Below are positions 1 through 20,103 of a stretch of 64,000 bases of DNA, in pieces. Numbering within the stretch: the stretch's first letter is position 1; each line of letters starts with the position of its first letter. Origin of the DNA: Salpingoeca rosetta (Eukaryota; Protista; Choanoflagellata); the NCBI GenBank assembly GCA_033442325.1, contig JAWQFM010000011.1, forward strand, positions 1,256,201 to 1,320,200. Reading direction: 5' to 3'. Made by a program: the position numbers and the translations under genes. The notes below the pieces were generated by a model. That model searched no databases. It worked only from the letters and a program-made list of their open reading frames with translations, and had not been told where the DNA came from.

Positions 1-643
1 CTGCTGGTGCTGCTGGTCGTGGTTGTGATGCTGGTGGTGGTTGTGGCTGTGGTGGTGGTGGTGGTGGTGGTTGTGGCGTTGGTAGTGGTAGTAGTGCTTG
101 CGCTGCTGCTGGTGGCGTGGACTTGCGGCAACTTGCTGTGGCGGCTCGGGCTGTCCTTGAGGATCCTGCTGGTTTAAAGCGTGCTCTTGCTTGCCGCGTG
201 CCACGCTTGTGTTCGTGGTGTTGCTGCTGCTGCTGCTCCCACTGCTTCTGCCGGTGGCTGATTTGCCGTTGCTCTTCTGTGAATGACCTTCGCTATGGTG
301 CCAGGGAGGCTGTTGCCCGTAATGCAGGTCGCGTACGCGGGGCTGGGAGCGGTGCAAGTGCTGCTGCTGTGCATGCTGCGTGGGTAGCTTGGGTTCACTA
401 CCTCCACTGCTTCGGTGCCCACTGTCGGAGTGACGACGGCGATGGGCGGTTCCGCCCCAAGTGCTCCCTTGTTGCGATGATGCTGATGACGATTGGAACG
501 CTTCTTGCGGTGTCTGCGATGACGCACGGCGCTCTTCTGTAGTTGTCGTCATGGATGCAGCTGTGATGTCTGCAGCGGAATTGAACTCCCCGTATGCATC
601 AACCCCAATCACTTTGTGGTTTTGTGCATGTTGCTGCTGAATC

Positions 644-713
<70 letters not shown>

Positions 714-742
714 GCTGCTGTTGCTGTTGCTCCTGCTGCATC

Positions 743-779
<37 letters not shown>

Positions 780-1244
780 GCTCCTGCTGCATCTGTTGTT
801 GTTGTTGTTGTTGGTGGTGCTTCTGCTGCATCTGTTGTTGTTGCTCCTGCTGCATCTGTTGTTGTTGTTACCCTTCTCTGCATCGGCGGCTGTGGTGTGT
901 TCGTCGCCCGATGCGGCTTGTGAAGCGTGGGGGTAAAACGACCTGAAGTCTGCCGGAGAGAAGGGCTTGCGCGCGCGTTGAAGGCGTTTTTCGTGGCCTC
1001 TTTCGTTGAGGTGCGCAGCACAAACGACTGCACGGGCCTTCGCGAGCTCCTTGTCGAACTGATCTCTCTCAATCGAACTCTGATGCTCGGGCGCAGGCCA
1101 GCCACCTGGTCCTCGAAGAATCTGCTCCCTGCGCGCCTTGCCAACATAGACGGCACCATCTTGCATCTCGTGATCCTTTCGCCGGCAGTGGTAGAAGCTA
1201 CAGCGGTTGCGATGCTTCTTGCGTGTTGGGCGCTGGTCAGCCAT
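1..1244 (-). CDS. Protein with an N-terminal C2CH (THAP-like) motif and a Ser/Gln/His-rich low-complexity region; 3' end lies outside the window
   Basis: ATG at 1244 (MADQRPTRKKHRNRCSFYHC...AVVCAAHL). Phase-1 GT donor at 871 and CAG acceptor at 570 join to DITAASMTTTTEERR...[15 protein letters not shown], which stays open to position 1. Confidence 0.55.
644..869. repeat. Composite (TTG)n microsatellite interrupted by about 4 copies of GCTCCTGCTGCATC-like units
   Basis: Directly visible; lies within the predicted intron 570-871. Confidence 0.9.
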
Positions 1245-1291
1245 GCTTGAGGAGGGTGGAGGAGACTTGTGAGATGTTGAAACCACTTTGC

Positions 1292-1337
1292 CAGAGAGAG
1301 AAGGAGAGAGAGAGAGCGAATGAGAGAGAGAGAGAGA

Positions 1338-1398
<61 letters not shown>
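1292..1398. repeat. (AG)n microsatellite immediately upstream of the minus-strand ATG at 1244
   Basis: Directly visible. Confidence 0.95.
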
Positions 1399-1401
<3 letters not shown>

Positions 1402-2440
1402 CTTGTCGAGGACTGCTGAGGGCGCAGTCTTGGCTGCTGAAGAAGAGATACGGCGATGGCAGGTGCATGGGCGAGTCTCAATCAGCCACGTCACGACGAA
1501 GAGAAGTGCCCCCCCCCCCCGCGAGATTGTTATTGGAAAGCAGAGAAGAGCGGTTGGTGCCTTCTCTCTTCGCGTAGAGGCTGGGTTGGGCGATGGTTGT
1601 TCTGTTGTTGTAGGAAGAAGGGGTTGATCGAGGACAGCGATGAGAAGTCTATGAGCGCGCCACGAGATACTGATCCATCGCTGAACTCTGTCAGGGAAGA
1701 AGACCACCCACAAGGACTATGTTTGCAGAAGTTTAAGCGTGTGGGATGTGCTCTTGTCTCACCCTGCTCGGTGCGTTGTGCTTGTTTCCTATGTTTCCGC
1801 TGCTTGCCGTTGACACCTTGTCGCTGTCGTTGCTTGTAGTGTTGTTGTTGGCACCGTGCCACGAACAAGGGGAAGTCTTCTCTCTGCGCTTGATGGTTAT
1901 GCTCACGCACACAAACGCACACGCACTTAGGCCCTCGGTAGCAGGCGAGCAAACTCGGCATGCGAGGGAAAAAACAGCGAGGTTGGCAGGTAGGCCAACC
2001 GTGCACTACCTGAGGTGGGAAGGTTGAGCGCGTGGGAATATTCGTGCTGCGTAGCATGCGACGCAATTACTCTTACAGCACATTGTGCTCACGTCTCACA
2101 CCGGTCCCCGTGCATGACGGATCGGACGATGGGAACGTACAGGGTCTCTGTATTGGGGCATGCCGCCACCAAAGAAAACCTTGGCATGTGTTCGCCAAGA
2201 GTGCCACTTGTTTGAAATGACGTCATCAATTTCGAGAACTGTGTCGAGGCACTCGTGCCATTCGTTCGGGTGCCACTTTAAAATTGTTTTAAATTTGTTC
2301 CTGGTGGTTGAGGACAAAGAGACATGCAGAACAACAAGGAAAGGAGAGGGACGCGTGTGATGTGGCGAGGGCGGCACTTGTCCCACAGCAACGGAGGGCA
2401 ATGTGTGATGCGTGAGTGCTGTGATGGGATGCGACTGCCT

Positions 2441-3017
2441 TCACTCAACAGTCACGCTGGCGTCAACCTCAGCAAACTTGCAGTAGAACGTCTGTCGTGG
2501 GTTTGCGTGCGTGTGTGTGTGTGTGTGTGAGTGTGAGTGGGTGAGTGTAAGTGAGTGTGTGAGTGTAAGTGTGAGTGTAAGTGTGTGTGTGTGTGTGTGT
2601 GGAGGTCAAATAATGTTCCAGGGTTGCCCCAGGGAAATCGGGAAAAAGAAAGACTCATCGTCATGTACCTTGAAGAGGGTGACGGCGTAGGCAATGTCGT
2701 GTGATCCGCCCATCTCGCGAATGGAGTGCATGGCCAGCTGGGCATTGCCAATGTCTGCGTCAAAAGTCAAGCGAGGCAGGTCGCAGAGGAGGTGCATGGA
2801 AGTGCGTAAGCAAAAGGAGGGGTGGGGGGGGGGAGGTGTGGGCTTGATCGAGCCCGGCCACGCTGGGAGAGGGGGAAGGAGGACAAACGCATGAACACGA
2901 CAACAAAAGAAGTTGTGCAGTGTGTCAGTACCGATTGTGCGAATGCCGAGACCAGCGCTGAGGATGGGGCCGATGGTGCTGCCACAGGCGCTGTCATTGC
3001 GCACCATCACATCCTGT

Positions 3018-3095
<78 letters not shown>

Positions 3096-3588
3096 CCGGG
3101 TGGTTGCTCGAGTGCGGCTTGCAAGCCTGAACAACAATGTGTTCGCACAGAGGCGCCAAAGCACACCCACGCCCATGCCAACAACCTGCAGGGGGACATC
3201 GGCGATTTCGGCGACGCGGCGGAGAATGAGAGCTGTCACTGCGTTGGTTGCATAACGTTGGTTGGTGTTGAACTTGATCACAGGGCCCTACAGTCGCAGG
3301 TGTTTTGTTGAGGTCGTTTTAGTTTTAGATGTTGTTGAGTTGTTGGTGTTGTGGTTGTGGCGGCAGAATATGAGCAACACAAGCTGAGATTGAATGCGCC
3401 ACACAGAACGTGTGCGGCCTACTCAAGCACACGCAAGCGCGATACGTACAGCGTTCATCATTGGCTGGTGGTTGGCCTCGTGCTTCTCCCTGGTGGTTGA
3501 CGCACACGCACACGCATCCACACATGGAAATGAATGACATGGCATGAGAAAGATGAACCAGAATGAAGCATGGAAAACGGGCAAACGT

Positions 3589-3620
<32 letters not shown>

Positions 3621-3852
3621 ATATAAACACTTCTGCACGCACACACATAACCATTTCTCCACGCACACACATAAACATAAACACATTGATACGCACGCGC
3701 GCACACAGCAACACAGCCACATGCATGCAACTCCCGTTGACGAGAGCACGGCGAGGAGCTTACGGGTAGTTGGGGTGGATGGCGTGGGCCATGTCGGAGG
3801 AGATGATGTAGGACTTGGGAACGGCCTCCTCAAACGCACCATCGCGACCTGG

Positions 3853-3901
<49 letters not shown>

Positions 3902-4510
3902 GGGAGGGGAGGGAGTGGGTATGCGGTCACTGAGAACAGGACTGAGGCAAATGGCAGGAAGACACATGTGGCAATTGATGCTATAGAAGTGGAAAGACAC
4001 GGTACGGACGAGGCAGCAGGCGTCGCACATTTCAGCACATGTACACAAACCTACGCGAAACCACACACACAGGCAAACAACATACGCACGCACAAGCGCA
4101 CAAAACAACCAACAAAACAGCCAAACTCGACACGACAAAGACTGTGCACACAACACCTGCAGAGAGGCGGCGAAGCACGTGTTCGAAGAGGGAGGAGCCG
4201 GCGCCCTGGGCGCTGTCACTGCCCACCTCCTCGTGGTCAAACAGCGCAAGCACCCGGGTCGTTGTATCATCCTTCAGGTCCGCATCGGACGATGCCGCGA
4301 TGAGGCCCTGCCACGCGCACAGCATGTGCACGAGCACAGTATGAGTACACGAAGGGGAAGGTGCCAAACGAAAGTGTTATCACACACACTCGCAATTGCT
4401 CACGCCACAACGCACCGCTTCAACGCATTTGAACACAGGAACACGGGGAAGAAGCATCGGGCTGCATGTGCACGTGCAAGTGCACCACACAACACACACA
4501 CACACATACA

Positions 4511-4591
<81 letters not shown>

Positions 4592-4809
4592 TGCATCACA
4601 CCTCAAGGCCGCAGAACGAGGACTCGAGGTTGTCGAGGCGCGGGGAGAGCACAAACTCGTCGGCAGGACCCCCGAGTGCCTGCAAGCAACAACAGCGAAA
4701 AAAAAAAAAAACACAAGAAAACAAGAACAAAGCGTCAGTAACACATCAGCAACCCGGAAATGGGGCGAGGGGTTGAGGATGTTTTTGCGCTCATCTCAAT
4801 GCATGTGCA

Positions 4810-4898
<89 letters not shown>

Positions 4899-5720
4899 CA
4901 AGGCAGCATGTACACACACACACGACAAGGCAGCATGCACACACCGAGGGCTGAGTGTCGAAGAGGCAGAGCTCAAAGTCACAAATGTCCTTGACCTGAA
5001 TTAGCGTGACATGAGAACACACATACACATGTTTGATTTCAAAGCGTGTGACACGAGGCACCAGCAACGCGAAGCACTTGCATGCATCCACACAACTGTA
5101 CACATGCCTTGTCAAAGGGACGCCAATCACTCCGAGCCAACACACACACACACACACACACTCTCTCTCTGCCACAACCACCACCACCACCACCACCACC
5201 ACACCCTCCTCCTCACCACCACCACCACCACCGTCATCGTCAGCATGGTGTGGGCTGCTGTACCTCGCAGCCGAGCTCCTTGCTGATGATCTCGAGCAGC
5301 ATGCTATGGTGGCGGCCGTCCTGCGAGAACGGCTTCTTCCCCTGACGGCGCAGAGAGGCAGTGCATACACGGCACGTGGGTGAGAAGAAGGACAGTTTCA
5401 AAGTTCCAAGCAGTGGGAAGACAGCACACGTGCACACAGGCAACAGAGACGACGTGCATGGGCATGTAGATACAACACAGGCAGGAGCGCACACACACAC
5501 ACACGCACGCACACACACACACACACACACACAGGCGCGCAAGTGTTGTGCTGACCTCTTCCTTCTTGTCAGCGTCTCCTTTGGCTGGGGCGTTGAGTTG
5601 CTCTGCCACGTCCAAACCGTCACAAAAGCACAGCAAGATGTGAGAAGCGGTGGGGGGTGGAGGAGAGGGCAGAAAGGTAGTGGCACACAGAGAAACCAGG
5701 CGAAACCACACACACACACA

Positions 5721-5761
<41 letters not shown>

Positions 5762-5978
5762 CAGATGACAGTGAGAGAAGTTGGTTGTTGGCGAGCGCAC
5801 TTTCGGCAATGGCGAGGATGGCGGGAAGATGCGTCTCCTTGTTGTACTTGAACCCGTCAGAGTAGATGCCCCGCTGCGCACACACGTGCACGCACGCGAA
5901 TTGGTGTAGGTGTGTATGTGCGTTTTGATAAGAGCAAACGTGTCAAGCGTCGTTGTTAGCATGAGCAGTGTAGAGCGA

Positions 5979-6032
<54 letters not shown>

Positions 6033-7595
6033 CATGGGTGATGAGCTGGGGTGTAGCATGTCGCGTGTGCAGGGAGGGCGACAAGTGGCTCACGTTGAGA
6101 TGGATGGCCAGGTTTGGCACGCGAAGGATGGGCTTGTCGACGCGAATCAGCTTGTGGGCAAAGTTGCCCTGTCGTGGCGGTGGAGTTGAAATGCACTGCT
6201 GTGAGCCATGGCAAAGACAGAGACAACGACAAAGTCAAAAGGGAAAACACATACGTACACACAGACACACACAGTCACCGGCACACACGCAGAGACAGAC
6301 AGACAGACACACAGACAGACAGACAGACAGACACACAAATAAAGGGATGACTCACGTCTGGCTGGCGGACCATGACGCGGCCGGCAAGGCTGAGGTCGCG
6401 GTCAAACCACGTGTTCCAGAGGCCGCCACCGTAGCACTCCACGCCCACGGAGAGGTAGCCGGCCTTGCTCAGTTTCGAGTTGGGCTTCACCTGCGCGCAG
6501 TGGAGGGCACGCCACGAGACGCCTATGTGTGGGTTTCGGGCGAAGGCATCGCAGACGAGCAAACGCACGCACACAAACACAGAAAGAGGCACGGACACAG
6601 AAGAAAAAAAAGAGAGAGAGACGCTCCGAAACGCAGGCACCAAAGAAATGACCACAAGACCGAACAGACACACAGACACACGCAGACACACACACACACA
6701 CATGCTTCCAGGTTGGTACACCTTGAGGCAAGGGCTGTCCGTGTGGGCGCCAATGACGGTGAAGGCATTTCCCGGCTTGAAGTTGCCGCCAACAGCAAAC
6801 GCAACGAGCGTGCTCTGGTTGCGGGTGAAGAAGTACTGCATTGCGGTGGTGGGGACGCGTGGCACAAGCGGTGGCACAGTGCACAGGCGTGAGGCAAGAA
6901 TACACACAATGGGAAAAGCAGACCAAAACGGCCGGGGGGGGGCAACTGGAAAGAGACGCTTTGCGTGGGAGTGCGTTGACGCACACGAGCTTGCATACAC
7001 GCACTGCAACAAACTTGCAGAAACACACACACACAGATAGACATACACACACAGATACACAAACACACTGAACGCATTCCAATCCATACCTTGCCGAGTG
7101 GCTTCGTCTCCCATGCATCGCGCTCACGGATCTCCTTGAAGCCGGCCTCGATGAGAGCAGCCTTGGACGCTTGCACGGCTGCAAGGAAGGTGGAGAAGCC
7201 ATCACACAAACACACACACACACACACATGAGGACAGAACAAAGGCCAGCAAACACAGCAAGGACAGCCTTCGCCCGCCCCAACAAACAAGGCGTGCAGG
7301 TGCGCAAGGCGCAGTACAAAACCAAGACCGTACCATGGAAGGGGCTGGGGCTGGCGTTGACAAACTTGATGAACTTGTCGGCAGAAGCCTTGAAATCCAT
7401 GGCCTGATGAAGGAGAAAAAAAAAAAAGGAGAAGAAGGGACGAGAGAGAAGGTGAGCAACAAATGAGACAGCGAACAGACAGTCAAAAGACAGCAAACGT
7501 AGAGGGCGGACAATCAAGTACAGGCGAGCGAGGTGATCAGGCATCTACCCACGCACACTCATGTCATACTCCCTCGCTCACAACATGCGTACCAT
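2441..7595 (-). CDS. DNPEP: Aspartyl aminopeptidase (peptidase M18), multi-exon
   Basis: Spliced exons give [84 protein letters not shown] and LAMHSIRE, the M18 metal-binding motifs. Stop TGA at 2441-2443. Start is either ATG 7400 (MDFK) or an ATG-only exon at 7593-7595. Confidence 0.95.
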
Positions 7596-7765
7596 GGTTG
7601 AGGGTTGTCGCTGGGTTGCTCGTTTTGATCGATCGATCGGCAGGCGAGGTGGTGCAGTCAGTCAGTGGGAACGTTTTTGTTTGTGTTTGTTTGCTGAGAG
7701 TGCTAGAAGAAATGTAACGGGAAACATGACGAATATTCTGTAACCGCACAGTGCAGCCAACAGCG

Positions 7766-14338
<6,573 letters not shown>

Positions 14339-14538
14339 CGAGCGATGGTGGTGTCTTGGTGTGTCGCACTGGCCAATGAAGTGTCAAGCTGCAGAGGTGT
14401 GCATGCACACGACTGATGATGACAGATGAACGTTCGTTGGGCTCGCTTTCACAGAGAGAGAGACAGAGACAGAGGGAGAGAGTGACAGAGAGAAACAGAG
14501 AGACAGAGAGAGGGAGAGACACAGACACACACAGGCAG

Positions 14539-14575
<37 letters not shown>

Positions 14576-14596
14576 CAGGCGCGCGCACACACACAG

Positions 14597-14680
<84 letters not shown>

Positions 14681-15124
14681 CACGGATAGCAGACATCATA
14701 AACAGTAGTGACATGAGCATTTCTGGCGGCAACAACCACGATGACGATGGAGGACGTGCCGCTGAACCTGTTTCGCCTTCTTTCGGGTGCGTGTGGGTGT
14801 ATGACTGTGTGGTTGGTAGTGGTGTTGCTTGGTGGGAGCGTCCAGCTAGCAGAGGACATGAAGGCAAAGGTCCTTGAGTTTACATCCTGTTTTGTCTGAG
14901 GAAGTGGAATCATGGTGAACGCAAGCCTCGCTGTGGCGCACGCCTCGTCGCACATCATCGAATCACAATCATGTTGCAGCACGTCAGTGTCACCGCAACA
15001 ACGCAGTGGTTCCGCACTGCGTTGGACCCAGCTCGAAGACAACATCAAAACACGCCACACTCATATGACAAGGTGCACATGTGCGTGTGCGCGTGTGTAT
15101 TTGATTTCTCACGTGTTTGTCGCC

Positions 15125-15465
15125 ATGTTTGCGGTTCTAGAGAAGCTCGGGGTTCCCACGATCGCGGCAGCGTTCATCTCCAGCTTTGCCTTGTCCTCTC
15201 TCCTGTCCATGGCATCGGGTGTCATCTCGCGCAACCTCTCCAAGGTCCCAGTGCCGCCTCGAGCGTGCTTGGTGTTGTTGAGGATGGTGGACCTGACGTG
15301 CGACCATGTAACCTTGTTGGTGCTTGCAACTCATTGTTGCCTTGAACACCTTGCTCATTGGCTTCTCACCCTCAACTAGACATACAACCGGCTGAACCCA
15401 CTGGATCAGCAGAAATGGGTGAGGAGTCCGCAGAGCTTGTGCCTAATGCTTGAGCAGTTCGTGGG

Positions 15466-15504
<39 letters not shown>

Positions 15505-17537
15505 GCTGTGTAAGGCCCGTCGCCTGTCTTGGTTTTGTAGGTCCGGTTTCGCTTGTGCAGGTGATGCAACTGACACGAATACCACACCCATCCCGTCGCA
15601 CCTCAACGAACGACCTTGCCAACATTAGAACGCAGGCATCAACCGGGCCATCCTGGGCACACTGCTCAGCTTCATGGGCTTTCGCGTGCTGCTTGAAGGC
15701 GTTCCTGAAGAAGGCGGAGCCGTTTATGGGGCAACTGATCTCCTCACTCACACGGCATCGTTTGCGCTCGGTGCGTTGCTCGTTGCTCATCATCATGTCT
15801 GCATTGTCGAGACCAAGAGCACTCTGCACACACATCCATCACTCTCAACACCACAGTTTCTGTGTACAACTGATCGCAATGTTTCGCTTCACAAACGATT
15901 CCTCCGATCTTGCGCATGTGTCAAACGTCATTCGGCGCACCGCCCTGTGTCCCTTGCACTCCTTGTCTTGGTCCTTGTGCACTCCTTCTCTCGCTCACTG
16001 TGCGTGCTCACGTGGCTGGCCGCAGGATTCTTCATCTTCGAGACACGCGACTCCCTCAACATGTATCTGGCACACAACGTCAAGGGGGAGACGTTGATTG
16101 TGCATCACATGCTGGGCATTGTTCTCTACTTCCTCACCCTCTCCACGCGCTCCTATCTCTACGTCGCCTGCGTCGTCCTCATCGAGGTGCGCGCGCGTGC
16201 GTGTGTGTGTTTATATGTGTGTGAATGTGTGTTTATGTGTTTGTTCATGTGAATTTGCGTGTTCATGCATGTGCGTGTGTGTATGTGAGTGTGATGTGGG
16301 TGCGTGTTCATGTGCATGTGGGTGTGTGTGCACCCCCTCGCTGCTGGTCCACCTCATCATAGCCTCCTTTGCGCTGCCTCTGCGTTTCTGTTGTGTGTTG
16401 TTTCAGGAGCTGCACTCGCCTTTCACGCACATTGGGTGGATGCTTGCCAAGCAAGGCCGTGATAAGGACCTCATATGGGACATCAACCAGGTGTGAGCAT
16501 GGGTCTGTATTCTTGTATTTACGTGTGTGCGATAAAACGCACGCACGCGTGTTCCTTCCTCCTCACACCGTGACGCTCATACCTTTGTTGCGTGACGTGC
16601 GTTGCTGTGTTTGCGCAGTATATATTGATTGGGGTGTGGTTTGTGTTTCGCGAAGGTTGCGACCTCTACGTCTGGCTCCACATCCTCAGCAATCTCCCTT
16701 ATGGGTGCGCTGACGCATGCCTTGCGTGTACCCTGTACTTGAGTGTGTTTGCATAGTGTGCGCGTGCTTTTGGTGATGATGTGCTTGCGTGACTTGGTTG
16801 TATATGAGTGTGTTTGTTGTTGTTGCTGTCGTTGTCGTGATTGTCTCGTGCACGTGTACGTGTGTACGTGTGGCTGTAGCTGTTGTAACGCTCATCATGA
16901 ACGCATGACACATGCCTCTTTCCACCCTCTGCAAATGCGACCATGCTTCCGTGTGCACTGCCACCGGTGTGCAGGTTCCTGGGTGGCCCTTTTCTCCCGC
17001 TGGCGTTCATCTGTTGCGGTCTTGTTATCCTCACCATGTACCTCAACCCGTGGTGGTTTCGACTCAAGCTTCAACAGGTACGCGCTCGGTTGGTTGGTTG
17101 GTTGGTTGGTTGGTTGGTTGGGTGTAAGTCGTGTCGCAGCCACGTTACTCGGTTGTTAGTTGTCCATTGTCCTGTTGCGACAAACTCTAACGAGTCGTTG
17201 CGCATGTGTGCGTGTGTGTGTGCGTGTATGTGTCTGTATACGTGTGTATGTGTGTGTGTATGTGCAATGTGAAGATTGCAAAGCGAAACCTCAAGTACGC
17301 GCGACTGCGGAGGCGAGCAGACAGCCAGCGCCGCACATCTCCACAGCGGCCACCATCGCCATCGCCATCATCATCGTCGTCGTCTGGTGGCGTGCGGCAG
17401 CGGAGGCGTGGCGCTTCCCAGGGAACACGAGGCAGTCATGCTCGCAGTGGCAATGGTGGTCATGGTGGTGATGGTGGCAGCTCGTTGGGCAATGGCACCG
17501 CCACAACCACAGCGGCCACCGCCACCACCAACAATGC

Positions 17538-17586
<49 letters not shown>

Positions 17587-18081
17587 AGCGGTGGTGAGGC
17601 TGCTTTACGTGGAGGAGAGAGCGGGGGGTTGATGGGTGAACACGACATGCTAGTCGCAACAACACCAGCAACAACAACACCAGCAGCAGCAACAGCAGCA
17701 GTGGTACACACAGCAACGGAAGAGACGCATGTCAGGGGCACACAAGCGGGGGGCACTGTTGGCCCTAGAAATGGTGGTGTGCACATGCAGCCGCCACCAT
17801 CACCACCACCCTCGTCATCATCGTCATCATCATCATCGCCACCACAGCATGCACGTGGGGTGGGCGTGGCAAAGACACCACCGCGTGGGCGTGCGGAGAC
17901 ATCACGCCCCACGGCAGATGCTGCGGTTGAAGGAGAAACCAAAGCCCAAGTCACTGCAAGGACAGCTGATGAGAAGACAGGCGTGCCTGCAAGCACGACA
18001 CCGGTATCAGATGCAGCTGCGACATCCCGAGCGAGGGAGGAGGAGGCGGTGGTGTCAGTGGCAGTGGCGGGCGAATGCTGA
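15125..18081 (+). CDS. CLN8: TLC (TRAM/LAG1/CLN8) domain membrane protein, CLN8-like, with a long low-complexity C-terminal tail
   Basis: Spliced protein contains TYNRLNPLDQQKWNAGINRAILG, GFFIFE, LIVHHMLG, EELHSPFTHIGWMLAKQGRDKDLIWDINQ and LTMYLNPWWFRLKLQQ. These match recalled CLN8 segments [38 protein letters not shown] and INPYWTHKKTQQ. Confidence 0.75.
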
Positions 18082-18214
18082 CACGTTGGAGTTGGAACGA
18101 GAATCCTTGCGAGAGAAAATGGCGAACGCGTGTGTGTAAGTATGTGGAAATGTGTGATGCGTGCGACAGTGTGCGTGCATGGATGCGTAGGAGAGCCTGC
18201 ATGCACATGCCAGT

Positions 18215-18217
<3 letters not shown>

Positions 18218-18292
<75 letters not shown>

Positions 18293-18312
18293 TGTGTGTG
18301 TGTGTGTGTGTG
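18218..18312. repeat. (AG)n followed by (TG)n microsatellite
   Basis: Directly visible in the 3' region of the CLN8-like gene. Confidence 0.9.
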
Positions 18313-18814
18313 TGAATGAGGCAGAGTGCGTCCGTGCATGCGTGCATGCGTACATGCGGGGGTTGGGAGTGGTGTTCGATTTCAGGATTGATGTGCTGTG
18401 ATACTTGGTGCGAGTGACACTCCGTGCGCTCTCGTGCTTCTTTCTTCTTCTGGTGTTATTTTCCATGCTTCTATGATAGTTGCTTGCGCCTCACATAAGT
18501 GACGCTGAATGAGTGATTTGACCCTGTGATCATGTGTTGAGTCGAGAGGAGTAGTGACATGACGGGGCTTGGCGCGGTGGCGATGAATGCGTTTATGGCA
18601 GCCCAAACAAATAAACCACCATCATCATCATGTTGCAGTCTGGGCAAAGAATGCTTGGGAACTCGGGGGAGGGGAGGGGAAAAGGACTTGCAATGACGCT
18701 GCATGTATGTGTGTGTGTATGTGTGTGTGTATGTGTGTATGTGTGTGTGTATGTGTCAATTGGCTTCTTATGAACATAGAGGAGGGAAAGGGTGTTTGTG
18801 TGTGGGAATGATAA

Positions 18815-20066
18815 CTACTGCTTAATGGAAGTATGCTTGATGCCTTTGATTGCATCCAGTTGACCTTCCCATCCCTGCACCCTCGTATGTGCGTGAGTGA
18901 GTGTGAGTGTGTGTGTGTGTGTACGCGTGCGTGAGTGAGTGTACGCGTGCGTGAGTGAGCGTACGCGTGAGTGAGTGAGTGAGTGAGTGAGTGAGTGAGT
19001 GAGTGAGTGAGTGAGTGAGTGAGTGAGTGAGTGAGTGAGTGAGTGAGTGAGTGAGTGAGTGAGTGAGTGAGTCAACACCTGTGCGTGTGCATGCGTGTAC
19101 GTGTGACGTACATACACACACACGCACACACAGACACACAGACACACGCACACGCACGCACACATAGACACACAGACACACACACGCACACGCACAGGCA
19201 GCGAGCTACGTGATGCAGGTACGCACAATAGCTTGCGGACGTTCTCGGGGTCGGTAAGATCAGGCACGGTGATGCCATATGTGCTTTGGAACAGGCTCTT
19301 TTCGTGCGAGGAGCGCTCACTCAACATCATCTGGCGGTGCTTCGATTTCTACATGTGCACACATACACATGCACGCATGGCGCGGATGCGGTGGGTGTGC
19401 TAGAGTGATGACGCGTGCAAGGAACAACCAAGGCAGCTGTACATCGAGGGTTCGATGGCAAGGTGTGAGGCGTGCTTACACACACACACACACGTTAACT
19501 AACACAAATACACGTGAACACAACATCAACACACAGCTGAGGGAGCCAATATCTTACGTTCTGCCGCTCGAGTGCTGCAATCTCATCATCAAAGCGCTTG
19601 ACATATCTGCGTGGAGCGTGCAAGCCAAGGTGAGCGCGATCAACAACCATGGCATCCAGCGCAAGCAACGAGACAAGGGGAAAGCACACACGGACACACA
19701 CATACGAACACACAGACACACATCAACACACAAACACACACGCACACACACGCACACACACTCCTTACTCTTGTGTGAGCTGTCTGAGCTGATCCTGTGT
19801 GAGGGCACGCGTGTGGTTCGAAATGCGTTGGCGGAACCACAGGATGTCGATACCTTTCTTGAACTGCTTGAAGTTGGCAGATCGTCGTTGGCTGTCAACA
19901 GGTGGTGGAGGTGGTGGAGGTGGTGGAAGGCGGTCGTTGTGAGGAAAGAGCATGCGATCACAGGCCCGAATGATGACCAAGGAGACGGCGATGTTGCGGG
20001 TTTAATCACGCAACAGCAACGTGCATCGCACACAGACACACAGACACACACACACACACAGACACA

Positions 20067-20103
<37 letters not shown>

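Noticed and set aside
644-869. Repeat-spacer-like pattern resembling a CRISPR array
   Set aside because: The spacers are just (TTG)n of varying length, the context is eukaryotic, and there are no cas genes.
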